Positions 19,937 to 28,514 of a stretch of 64,000 nt of DNA are shown here, piece after piece. Origin of the DNA: Bacteroidota bacterium (GTDB lineage Bacteria > Bacteroidota > Bacteroidia > Bacteroidales > JAAYUG01). The DNA is taken from NCBI GenBank assembly GCA_029571215.1, contig JAKPTE010000010.1, forward strand, positions 28,431 to 92,430. The letters run 5' to 3'. Numbering within the stretch: the first letter of the stretch is position 1; each line of letters begins with the position of its first letter. The notes under the pieces are model-generated. The model saw only the letters and a list, made by a program, of their open reading frames with translations, was not told the DNA's origin and made no database searches. The translations under genes and the position numbers were made by a program.

Positions 19937-22435
19937 TTAAAGTATAATCTGTAATCCAAACCGGATTCCAAACGGCTGTATTCCCGGATGGTCCAGATAG
20001 GAAAGGCGCCACACAGCATCGATCCGAAAGACCTTCAGAATATTTTCAATCCCTGCCCCCGCTTCAAAATAACCCTTTTCCACACTTTCCATACCGGCAG
20101 GAAGGACCAATGGCTGATCTCCGGAATTATTCATCTGTCCCCACAATGCCCTGAATGTTACCACCTCCCTGAGTTTTGCTTCCTTTAGCAAAGGAATCCG
20201 GTTGAAAAAGAACCCGTCGAAATGATGATCTGCAAAGATACCAATATACCGGTTACTGGCAAATTCGTAATAGTTCATCAGGTTAAAAGCCATGTAATCG
20301 TAGGCATAGGTTTCGTTCCCCTTATGAATTTCGAGCAGAGGAAAAGGAACATTGCCATATACGGAACCAGCATCGATCATGTATTCTGTATATCCAAACG
20401 GTGCCAGCTCGAGCGTCTGGGCTATATTTAGATTCCATCTGAAATATCCGTAGCGGCTTCCGCTAATTCCCGGAATGCCAAGGGTGGTGTTCAGGTTGAC
20501 AATCGGATAATTCGTTCCGAGGCTGGTTCGTTCGAATTCCCCCATAAGATATTTTTCTTTCCAGGCAAACCGCGTGTTGAGTGTTAGTTCAAAGGTAGTA
20601 ATGCTGGGAACCGGATGCATGAATCCATCGTAATAGGATGAAAAGGGAACAAATTCCGTAGAATAAAGTGTCCGGTGTGTTGCGGTCAGGGTGTTGGAGT
20701 ACCCATGAAACCATTCCCGTTCAAACCATAGTTTGAGTTCTTCCGTCCGGGTAAGTTTGTCATTGGGTTTTCTGCGCAGGAGGGATGTGACAAAATTATC
20801 TTCCAGAAAGGCATTCTGGCTTTGCCCGAGTTGTTCAATGTCTTTCCTGTATGATATTCCGGTTGCAATTCTTGGATTCTTATCGAAAAGATACAAGGCA
20901 CCACCTCCGTATTTCCATTGTTTATCCCGGGTTCCGTATGCCAGGTATCCGTCAAGCATGAGCTTTGTACTGAAGGCATTGCTGGTACGTCCTCCGATAC
21001 GCAGACGGGTTCCTTCGAGAGGATTAAATGAATAAAACCTGTAATACGGTCCAATTTCAACAGGCCCTTTTACATAATAATAGGTGTAGAACATCTGGAT
21101 GAGGCCGGCCACACTCCGGTAAAGAGGAATTCTCTGCACGGAATCAATCATAGCGTAAATACCGGCTTCTTTTTCGGTGAGTTTTTCCGGACGGTTAACC
21201 TGCCAGAAGGTTTCATCCCGGTCAAGACTTCCTCTGGCCAGGGTAATGTCGTTGGGTTCGTTCATCAGTTTTTCGGGCAGGATTGTGTCGATGGCAATTT
21301 TTCTGAAAAAGGAAGTTTTTTGACCAATAAACCCGGTCAATTTGTCAGAAAGGGTAAATTCGGCATAAAAATCTTCCCTGACAGGAAACCAGATTGAATC
21401 GTTGAGCGGATCATATTCCCTGCGCAGGGTAAGGTTTTCAACATAGTTAATATTGGCCTTATCATTACTTTGCATCTCATATTTGCATACGGCCCAGGAT
21501 GAGTCAGCAACCCATACCGAACCGGTAAAGGTTCTTTCCTGCTCTCTTCTGGGTTTAAAATCAATCCGGTAGGCGACGTGTCCGTGAAATAAAGCTGTGT
21601 CGGTAAGGTAATAGCGGTAGTAGCGCTGGCCAAATTCTGCGAGCGGGCTGACCCAGCCTGTTTCAAAAAGAAAAATGATATTGTCATAAATAGTGTAATT
21701 CTGGTACATTTTCCCCGTAAGCTGGCTTATGCTTTCGTTTTTGGTACCTGAAATGCGGGAGGCTTTAATAACTTCGATCTCTTTTTTCGGTTTGCTTCGG
21801 TAATAATTATCTGACACGGTTTCGGAAATCAGTAACGGAAGATAGGTTTTTCCGCTTCCCGGAAGGGTGTCAACATTGTCAAAGATAAAATCAAAGCTTT
21901 TCAGCGCTTTCCTTCGAGCCAGAAGCTCAGGATTGGTGAGGTCTATACGGGTTTTGTGGTAGGCTTCGTAGTACCAGGTCCGGAACCTGCTCAGGTCATT
22001 TTTACTTCGGTTTGATCTTACTTTTCTTAAAATAATATGGGCAGGATTTTCTCCCGGTTTGACAACGACTTCATCCAGCAGAATTTCTTCGGGTTTCAGG
22101 GCAACATTTACTTCCTGCGTTTGAAAGGGGGTTACTGCCAGCGTAACAGGCTGATAACCCACACATGTAAAAAGTATTGTGTCAATGGAATGTTTTGTTT
22201 CAAGACGGAAGGAGCCATCTTCCAGTGAAATGGTACCAATGGGAACATTTTTGACTGCGATGTTCACATATGGCAAAGGTTCACCCGAGGAAGCATCCGT
22301 CACTTTTCCGTAAACAATAGTAAATTGTTGGGCATATGTATGCATCGAAATTGCTGCTATTCCTGTAAAGATAAGTCTATAATGATGGAACTGCTTGATA
22401 TTCATTAAAAGCTTCCTTGTTATTGCCCTGTTCAT
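19937..22435 (-). CDS. DUF5686-like outer-membrane protein with an N-terminal carboxypeptidase-regulatory-like domain
   Basis: An N-terminal signal is followed by the CarboxypepD_reg pattern ([18 protein letters not shown]...TISLEDGSF). The C-terminal region is long, aromatic-rich and beta-barrel-like, and ends in F-rich strands. Confidence 0.7.
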   Translation of the reverse strand: MNRAITRKLLMNIKQFHHYRLIFTGIAAISMHTYAQQFTIVYGKVTDASSGEPLPYVNIAVKNVPIGTISLEDGSFRLETKHSIDTILFTCVGYQPVTLAVTPFQTQEVNVALKPEEILLDEVVVKPGENPAHIILRKVRSNRSKNDLSRFRTWYYEAYHKTRIDLTNPELLARRKALKSFDFIFDNVDTLPGSGKTYLPLLISETVSDNYYRSKPKKEIEVIKASRISGTKNESISQLTGKMYQNYTIYDNIIFLFETGWVSPLAEFGQRYYRYYLTDTALFHGHVAYRIDFKPRREQERTFTGSVWVADSSWAVCKYEMQSNDKANINYVENLTLRREYDPLNDSIWFPVREDFYAEFTLSDKLTGFIGQKTSFFRKIAIDTILPEKLMNEPNDITLARGSLDRDETFWQVNRPEKLTEKEAGIYAMIDSVQRIPLYRSVAGLIQMFYTYYYVKGPVEIGPYYRFYSFNPLEGTRLRIGGRTSNAFSTKLMLDGYLAYGTRDKQWKYGGGALYLFDKNPRIATGISYRKDIEQLGQSQNAFLEDNFVTSLLRRKPNDKLTRTEELKLWFEREWFHGYSNTLTATHRTLYSTEFVPFSSYYDGFMHPVPSITTFELTLNTRFAWKEKYLMGEFERTSLGTNYPIVNLNTTLGIPGISGSRYGYFRWNLNIAQTLELAPFGYTEYMIDAGSVYGNVPFPLLEIHKGNETYAYDYMAFNLMNYYEFASNRYIGIFADHHFDGFFFNRIPLLKEAKLREVVTFRALWGQMNNSGDQPLVLPAGMESVEKGYFEAGAGIENILKVFRIDAVWRLSYLDHPGIQPFGIRFGLQIIL

Positions 22436-22479
22436 TTGATACCATCAAATGATGAATAACCGATAAAACGACAAAAAGT

Positions 22480-23286
22480 TTATTTCCGGGATTCTCTCTG
22501 CACAATTCGTGCCGAAATTAATATGCTTATTTCGTACAGCAGGATTAACGGCAGGCTTACCAGAATCTGACTGAAAATATCGGGAGGTGTAATGATGGCA
22601 GCAAGAAGCAGAATCAAAACAATCGCGTGCTTGCGGTACTTGCGCAGAAAGGCAGGACCAACCAGTCCGATTTTAGTAAGAAAATAAATAACTACAGGCA
22701 ATTCGAATACAATACCACAACCAAGAGTAATAGTTGCTGAAGAGACGATGTAGTTGTTCAGGTCAAAGTAGTTCTCAACCTGTGTGCTGACAACATACGA
22801 ACTAAAGAATTGTGTAGAAAGAGGAAGAAGGATAAAATACCCGAAAGCAACTCCCAGAAGGAAAAGAAAAGACGTATAGAAGACGGCACCGCGGGCGTAT
22901 TTCCTTTCTTTGGGATACAATGCCGGAGCAATGAAATTCCAGAACTGATAAAGTACATAAGGAAGGGCAACAATGATGCCTGCAATGAAAGAAACTACAA
23001 TATGCGTCGAAAATTGCCCGGCCATGCGGGTATTTATCAGTCTAAGGTTATGCTGATTGATACAAAGATCCTGTATGTGTACCCGTTGTCCAAGTTCGCA
23101 GAGAAGGCGATTTGTAATGAACCAAGGCTCCTTGGGTGCAAGAATGATCTTGTCAAAAAGAATGCCTTTAAATAGAAATGCAACAATAGCCATCAGAACA
23201 ATTGCCATGACAGCACGGACAAGATGCCATCTCAGCTCTTCCAGGTGCTCCAGAAAGGTCATCTCATGATCTTCCTTCTTTGCCAT
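22480..23286 (-). CDS. tatC: Twin-arginine translocase subunit TatC
   Basis: 268 aa with six TM segments and the N-terminal motif MTFLEHLEELRWHL typical of TatC. Confidence 0.93.
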   Translation of the reverse strand: MAKKEDHEMTFLEHLEELRWHLVRAVMAIVLMAIVAFLFKGILFDKIILAPKEPWFITNRLLCELGQRVHIQDLCINQHNLRLINTRMAGQFSTHIVVSFIAGIIVALPYVLYQFWNFIAPALYPKERKYARGAVFYTSFLFLLGVAFGYFILLPLSTQFFSSYVVSTQVENYFDLNNYIVSSATITLGCGIVFELPVVIYFLTKIGLVGPAFLRKYRKHAIVLILLLAAIITPPDIFSQILVSLPLILLYEISILISARIVQRESRK

Positions 23287-23411
23287 TTCGTATCATTTTT
23301 TCAAAGTTACAAATGTATGTTTTTTTTGTTACCTGCCTCCGAAGCTGAATTTCCTGCATGCTAATCGATAGAAAAGAAGACAGATTGTCATAAACCCTGA
23401 TGAATGCATTC

Positions 23412-23471
23412 TCAGTAGATCGAATTGTCGCACAAAAGGTCTGCGTTAAGCGATGACATCCGGGGTACCCC
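23412..23471 (-). repeat. Dispersed intergenic repeat, copy C (inverted orientation, diverged)
   Basis: The reverse complement of 23443-23463 is CCGGATGTCATCGCTTAACGC. It matches 26078-26098 at 20 of 21 positions and has the same GGGGT prefix. Outer boundaries are approximate. Confidence 0.55.
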
Positions 23472-23815
23472 TCTCTGAAACACAAGGAAAAGCGATCCTT
23501 AGGGCAAATTGCGCCAATGCGGAATTGGAATCAGGTACGGAAATTGACTCAGCCGGGCAACCTGGTTTAAATTTCCCGAAAAGCTTTCTGCTTTGGGAGC
23601 GCATTGAAATTTTAAAAGCCTATATGAATAACTTTTCAGATTATCAGGTTAATAATCAACATTGTGCATACAATTGTACAAAGTTTTGTTAAATTAGGTT
23701 AATTTCGTGCGCTTTTTTACATTTTTTGAATAACTTTAATAATCTTAAAAAAGATAAATTCTGTAAAAACGTTTAATAAGATTAACAGTAACCACCAGGT
23801 TGTGAGGTAATAAAA

Positions 23816-26005
23816 ATGGCAGAGTATTCGAAAGTTTCACTTCAGGAGCTTTTAAAGAAATATTTCGGATTTGACAGTTTCAAGGGAAATCAGGAAGCAA
23901 TCATCCGTAATGTACTGGCAGGAAAAGATACATTTGTTCTGATGCCAACAGGCGGGGGCAAATCACTTTGTTATCAGCTTCCTTCTTTGATTTTACCGGG
24001 AACAGCCATTGTGATTTCTCCGCTCATTGCCCTGATGAAGAATCAGGTGGATGCCATGCGAAGCTTCAGCAACGAAGAAGGCATCGCACATTTTCTGAAT
24101 TCTTCCCTTACAAAGAAAGAAATAGCTGATGTAAAACAGGACATTCTTGATGGAAAAACAAGGCTTCTGTACGTGGCTCCTGAATCATTGACCAAGGAAG
24201 AGAATATACAGTTTCTTCGTCAGATAAAGGTGTCGTTTTATGCTATTGATGAAGCACACTGTATTTCGGAATGGGGGCATGATTTCCGGCCGGAATACAG
24301 ACGGATTCGTCCCATCATCAATGAAATCGGGGAGGCCCCTCTGATTGCCCTCACGGCCACTGCTACCCCTAAGGTGCAGCATGATATCCAGAAAAACCTG
24401 GGTATGCTGGATGCTACAGTGTTTAAATCATCCTTTAACCGGCCGAACCTTTACTATGAGGTGCGTCCGAAAGTTCATGCAACAAGGGAAATAATCAAAA
24501 TCCTGAAAAATAACCCGGGGAAGTCGGCTATAGTTTATTGCCTTAGCCGGAAAAAAGTGGAAGAAATGGCTGAGGCTTTGCAAATTAACGGAATCAGGGC
24601 ACTTCCTTACCATGCCGGAATGGATTCGGCTACGCGTACCCAGAATCAGGATAAGTTTCTGATGGAGGAGGTGGATGTTATCGTTGCAACCATTGCTTTT
24701 GGAATGGGAATCGACAAACCCGACGTTCGTTTTGTCATCCACTATGACATACCAAAGAGTCTCGAAGGGTACTACCAGGAAACCGGTCGGGCTGGTCGTG
24801 ACGGCGGCGAAGGGAATTGTATTACCTTTTACAAATACGAGGATATTCTCAAGCTGGAAAAGTTTATGCAGGGGAAACCTGTTGCCGAACAGGAAATCGG
24901 AAAACAGCTTTTGCATGAAACCGTAGCCTATGCCGAATCTTCGGTTTGCCGAAGGAAGCTGCTTCTCAATTACTTCGGTGAAGAATACCCCGAGGAAAAC
25001 TGCCACAACTGCGATAATTGCCTGCATCCGAAAGAACAGTTCGAGGGACAGGAATATGTTACTACCGTGCTGGAATGCATCCAGGAAGTGAAAGAAAAAT
25101 TCAAGGGCGAGCATATTGCCAATATTCTTTCAGGCAATATGAATGCTGCCATTAAATCGTATCGTCATCATGAACTGGAGAGTTTTGGTGCCGGAAGCGA
25201 AGAAGATACAAAATTCTGGAATGCCGTTATCCGACAGATGCTGATTGGAAATCTTCTTCAGAAGGATATCGAAAACTATGGAATCCTTAAAATCACTGAT
25301 GCCGGTCGGGAATTTCTGCAAAACCCAACTTCGTTCATGATTACCCGTGATCATGATTACCAGACCGAAGGAGAGGCTGATTTGCTTGACGAAGCTGAAC
25401 GTACGAGTACGCTTGATAATGAATTGTTCAATATCCTGAAGGATCTGCGTAAAAAAATAGCCAAACAGAGAAATATACCACCGTTTGTCATTTTCCAGGA
25501 TCCTTCACTCCAGGATATGGCTACACAATATCCGGTATCGCTTGAGGAACTGCAAAATATTACGGGAGTAGGTGCCGGAAAAGCCCAGCGGTTCGGGAAA
25601 GAATTTGTGGATATTATCAGGAAATACGTTGAAGAAAAAGAAATCATCCGGCCCCAGGACATGGTGGTGAAATCAGTGGTAAATAAATCCGGACTGAAGG
25701 TGTATATCATCCAGAGCATTGACCGGAAAATATCACTGGAAGACATAGCTGCCGCGAAAAATCTTGAGATGGATGATCTCCTCAGGGAAATAGAATCCAT
25801 TGTATATAGCGGCACACGTCTGAATATTGACTATTATATCAATGAAGTGATGGACGAAGATCATATTCAGGAGGTATATGATTATTTTCGTGAAGCCGAG
25901 ACAGAATCGGTTGAAGATGCTTTGAGGGAACTGGGTGAGGATGAATATACTGCCGAAGATATCCGCCTGGTTCGTATCAAATTCCTTTCTGAAATGGGCA
26001 ATTAA
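23816..26005 (+). CDS. recQ: ATP-dependent DNA helicase RecQ
   Basis: Shows MPTGGGKSLCYQ, DEAHCISEWGHDFRPEY, a zinc-binding Cys cluster (CRR...CHNCDNC) and a C-terminal HRDC region. Confidence 0.95.
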   Translation: MAEYSKVSLQELLKKYFGFDSFKGNQEAIIRNVLAGKDTFVLMPTGGGKSLCYQLPSLILPGTAIVISPLIALMKNQVDAMRSFSNEEGIAHFLNSSLTKKEIADVKQDILDGKTRLLYVAPESLTKEENIQFLRQIKVSFYAIDEAHCISEWGHDFRPEYRRIRPIINEIGEAPLIALTATATPKVQHDIQKNLGMLDATVFKSSFNRPNLYYEVRPKVHATREIIKILKNNPGKSAIVYCLSRKKVEEMAEALQINGIRALPYHAGMDSATRTQNQDKFLMEEVDVIVATIAFGMGIDKPDVRFVIHYDIPKSLEGYYQETGRAGRDGGEGNCITFYKYEDILKLEKFMQGKPVAEQEIGKQLLHETVAYAESSVCRRKLLLNYFGEEYPEENCHNCDNCLHPKEQFEGQEYVTTVLECIQEVKEKFKGEHIANILSGNMNAAIKSYRHHELESFGAGSEEDTKFWNAVIRQMLIGNLLQKDIENYGILKITDAGREFLQNPTSFMITRDHDYQTEGEADLLDEAERTSTLDNELFNILKDLRKKIAKQRNIPPFVIFQDPSLQDMATQYPVSLEELQNITGVGAGKAQRFGKEFVDIIRKYVEEKEIIRPQDMVVKSVVNKSGLKVYIIQSIDRKISLEDIAAAKNLEMDDLLREIESIVYSGTRLNIDYYINEVMDEDHIQEVYDYFREAETESVEDALRELGEDEYTAEDIRLVRIKFLSEMGN

Positions 26006-26065
26006 ACTTTATGAATGCATGGGAAATGCATGCCTCACTTTTCAGACCGACTGAATTTTTGATTT

Positions 26066-26139
26066 ATCGGGGTTAATCCGGATGCCATCGCTTAACGCTT
26101 TCGCTCTGTAATTAGTTCGCTCCATACCTAACGCATAAT
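26066..26139 (+). repeat. Dispersed intergenic repeat, copy A
   Basis: ATCGGGGTTAATCCGGATGCCATCGCTTAACGC... is shared with 46352-46417 (about 75-80 percent identity over the first 33 nt, weaker beyond) and with 23443-23471 on the opposite strand. Confidence 0.6.
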
Positions 26140-26144
26140 CCACG

Positions 26145-27332
26145 TCAAACGGTTTTCGTATCGAAAGCATCTCTCAGAGCATTCCCTGCAAGCGTAAAGG
26201 AAAGGACAAGAATCATGATGGCGATGCCAGGTATCATCGGCAGATAAGCCTGGTGGACAAGAATGTATCCGTAATGTTCCTTTATCATGCTGCCCCAGCT
26301 TGGCACAGGTGGCGGTACCCCAAGACCAAGAAAACTCAGTCCTGCTTCCATCAGGATAGCTGATGCAAAATTGGAAGCACTGATAATGATAACGGGACCT
26401 GCCAGGTTGGGCAGAATGTGCCGGAATAATATGCCAAAATCGCTCAATCCGATTGCTTTAGCAGCCATAACATATTCCTTTTCGCGCAGAGAAAGCACCT
26501 GACCGCGCACAACCCGGGCAACTTCAACCCACATGGTAAGGCCGACAGCAACAAAGACCTGCCAGAATCCCTTGCCCAGGACAAACGTGATGGCGATAAC
26601 CATGAGGAGGGTGGGTACGCTCCATATAACCTGAATAAGCCATAGTACCAACCGATCGGGCCAGCCTCTGTAATATCCGGCAATACTTCCCAGGAGCAGA
26701 CCAAGCAACAGGGATATGGAAACTGCTATGAAACCAACCGAAAATGACATGCGGGCACCTAGAATGATGCGGCTTAAAAGATCCCGGCCAAACCTGTCGG
26801 TACCCAGCAGATATTTTCTTTCCTTGATGTTACCGGAAAGAACTTTTTTCTGCAGATCAGAAAAAGAAGCTTTCATCCGAACGCCATTACCTGCAACCCA
26901 GCTGATGCTGTCTCCCTGTTCAATGCAGGCCGAATCAGGCCGGATTGGATAGAGAATATCCGGAAGAAGAAACGTTTCGGTCAGTGGGGCCGCATTTTCA
27001 TCCTGATCATAAAGAACTGCCACTAAATATTTCCTGTCAAACCCGATTTGTTTAACCGGTACGAACCGGTACTCAGGTTCTGTTCCATTGACGAGTCTGT
27101 GAAGCAAATTCTTCCGGGAAATGCTGCTATTTCGACGTACCAGCAACATGGTTACTTTGAACCCGGGTTTCATGGCCGCCAGTTCGAGGTGCTGTTCGTT
27201 GGCATGGGGAGAATCATCTGGAGTTATCAGATATCCCGCAAGGGCTACCAGTCCAATCAGGGCAATACACACCAGCCCCGTCATTCCCTGCCAGTTGCTG
27301 ACAAAACGTTCATATACCCGGTTAGGCTTCAT
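26145..27332 (-). CDS. ABC transporter permease, OppC/DppC-like (orphan)
   Basis: The C-terminal BPD-transporter core has an EAA-like loop (AAKAIGLSDFGILFRHILPN). An N-terminal TM is followed by an extracytoplasmic extension of about 170 aa. No ATPase or binding protein is adjacent. Confidence 0.85.
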   Translation of the reverse strand: MKPNRVYERFVSNWQGMTGLVCIALIGLVALAGYLITPDDSPHANEQHLELAAMKPGFKVTMLLVRRNSSISRKNLLHRLVNGTEPEYRFVPVKQIGFDRKYLVAVLYDQDENAAPLTETFLLPDILYPIRPDSACIEQGDSISWVAGNGVRMKASFSDLQKKVLSGNIKERKYLLGTDRFGRDLLSRIILGARMSFSVGFIAVSISLLLGLLLGSIAGYYRGWPDRLVLWLIQVIWSVPTLLMVIAITFVLGKGFWQVFVAVGLTMWVEVARVVRGQVLSLREKEYVMAAKAIGLSDFGILFRHILPNLAGPVIIISASNFASAILMEAGLSFLGLGVPPPVPSWGSMIKEHYGYILVHQAYLPMIPGIAIMILVLSFTLAGNALRDAFDTKTV

Positions 27333-27368
27333 TGTGCAAGCAAGTTACAACATGGTGTGCCCTTCGTT

Positions 27369-28511
27369 TCATTCGTAAACTCTACCTTTCCATAAGTACG
27401 GCCTTCCTGCAGACATGGTTAGAACCAATGTGTAAAGAGGATATACCAATGCAAAGGGCGGGAAATACCAAAGAAGGGCCGTTTGTCTGAAATGTCTGGC
27501 GGAGGGGATTATGATCAGCAAATCAGCCAGGGATTTCAGGAAAAAGAAGATAAGGAAAGATCCGCGCAACATAGGATTTACGAAAGAGCCGATAAAAAGA
27601 AACAGGAGGAAAAGATTGATCAAACCAATGAATCGCATGGTTTTGCGAGAGGTTCTGTCGGTATAGTTTTTCCCTTTGGAAAGCCAGCGTTTGCGCTGAT
27701 TCATACATTCCCTGATGTGTGTCTGTGGAAATGTGGTTACAATACCCCTAGGGTTCTTATTGAAGGCAATATGCACCTGTTCCTTTTTTTTTGCAAAATG
27801 TACCAGCAGAGTATCATCTCCTGTTGTTACTTTACTGCCTTCTTCCTGCAGATAATCTGAAAAGAGGGATCGCGGCAAAAGCATGCTGGCACCGTTGGCC
27901 ATAATCGGATTATGCTGATTTGCGAAGGCAGCGGTTACAGTTTGTACGGCGCAGGATTCCAGTGCCTGGAATTTTGTCAGTACGCTTTTTCCGACTTCCG
28001 TTTTTACCGCACCAAGTATAAGGGATCTCCTTTCCAGGAAAATACAATCAACCATCGACCTTAACCATCCTTCGGGAACAATGCAATCGGCATCCGTAGT
28101 TGCAATAAATTCAGAGGAAACATGTTTCATGGCTTCTGCCAAAGCGGCATGCTTGCCTTCTTTTTCATCAGGCAAAGGAATATAATGTATTCGGTAATCG
28201 GTCTCTGATGCTTTCTTTGCCATTTCCGGTGAGTGATCAGAGGAATGATCATCGATGAGAAGAATTTCCATAAGATGCCGCGGGTATTCCTGCTCCGTAA
28301 GGCATTGGACAAGCTTTTCCAGATGCTTCTCTTCGTTCCGAAAGCAGACAATTACCGAAACCTCTGGAAGGTCAGCTCGGGTGAAAGAGTTGTGTGCAAT
28401 TTCCTTGTCCCATCCTCTCACTATCCGGAATGAAAAAATGAGATAACGAAAACTCAGGTAAAGGGACAGGAGAAACAGGGTAAGGGAAAGCGCCCTGGCA
28501 ATCAGTTCCAT
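27369..28511 (-). CDS. Membrane-integrated family-2 glycosyltransferase of the processive synthase type
   Basis: Motifs occur in order: VSVIVCFRNE, LIDDHSSD, TDADC (DxD), GDD, QRKRW (QxxRW). There is an N-terminal TM and several C-terminal TMs. Confidence 0.85.
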   Translation of the reverse strand: MELIARALSLTLFLLSLYLSFRYLIFSFRIVRGWDKEIAHNSFTRADLPEVSVIVCFRNEEKHLEKLVQCLTEQEYPRHLMEILLIDDHSSDHSPEMAKKASETDYRIHYIPLPDEKEGKHAALAEAMKHVSSEFIATTDADCIVPEGWLRSMVDCIFLERRSLILGAVKTEVGKSVLTKFQALESCAVQTVTAAFANQHNPIMANGASMLLPRSLFSDYLQEEGSKVTTGDDTLLVHFAKKKEQVHIAFNKNPRGIVTTFPQTHIRECMNQRKRWLSKGKNYTDRTSRKTMRFIGLINLFLLFLFIGSFVNPMLRGSFLIFFFLKSLADLLIIIPSARHFRQTALLWYFPPFALVYPLYTLVLTMSAGRPYLWKGRVYE

Positions 28512-28514
28512 AAC

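Noticed and set aside
19935-20012. N-terminal extensions in the ORF track, for lptB, the hybrid kinase (31725-31907), greA (39929-40000), S41 (37052-37105), GH92, the kinase at 16092, 17725, 18217 and 54569
   Set aside because: The extensions overlap upstream genes or begin at non-ATG codons. Internal ATGs give canonical N-termini or signal peptides, so the starts were trimmed.
23531-23555. TCAGGTACGGAAATTGACTCAGCC resembles the SRP (4.5S) RNA domain IV core TCAGGTCCGGAAGGAAGCAGCC
   Set aside because: The bases flanking the GGAA do not pair, so no helix-8-like stem with a closed GNRA tetraloop can form. No complementary 5'/3' helix was found either. I treat the resemblance as chance similarity.
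23453-23692. 79-aa ORF in the tatC / recQ spacer
   Set aside because: I recognise no family for it, and it starts inside repeat copy C. It cannot be supported as a gene from sequence alone.
24428-25114. 228-aa ORF on the minus strand, plus neighbours at 25130-25815
   Set aside because: These are antisense shadow ORFs inside recQ with no motifs.
26042-26125. Mini-ORFs on the minus strand of repeat copies A (27 aa) and B (46322-46414, 30 aa) sharing ..LS..I.(I/V)NPD..KI..
   Set aside because: Peptide similarity of about 45 percent is no better than expected from about 70-80 percent nucleotide identity. The NPD core is encoded by a palindrome and so reads similarly on both strands. Copy C has no start codon. 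The coding interpretation is not supported.
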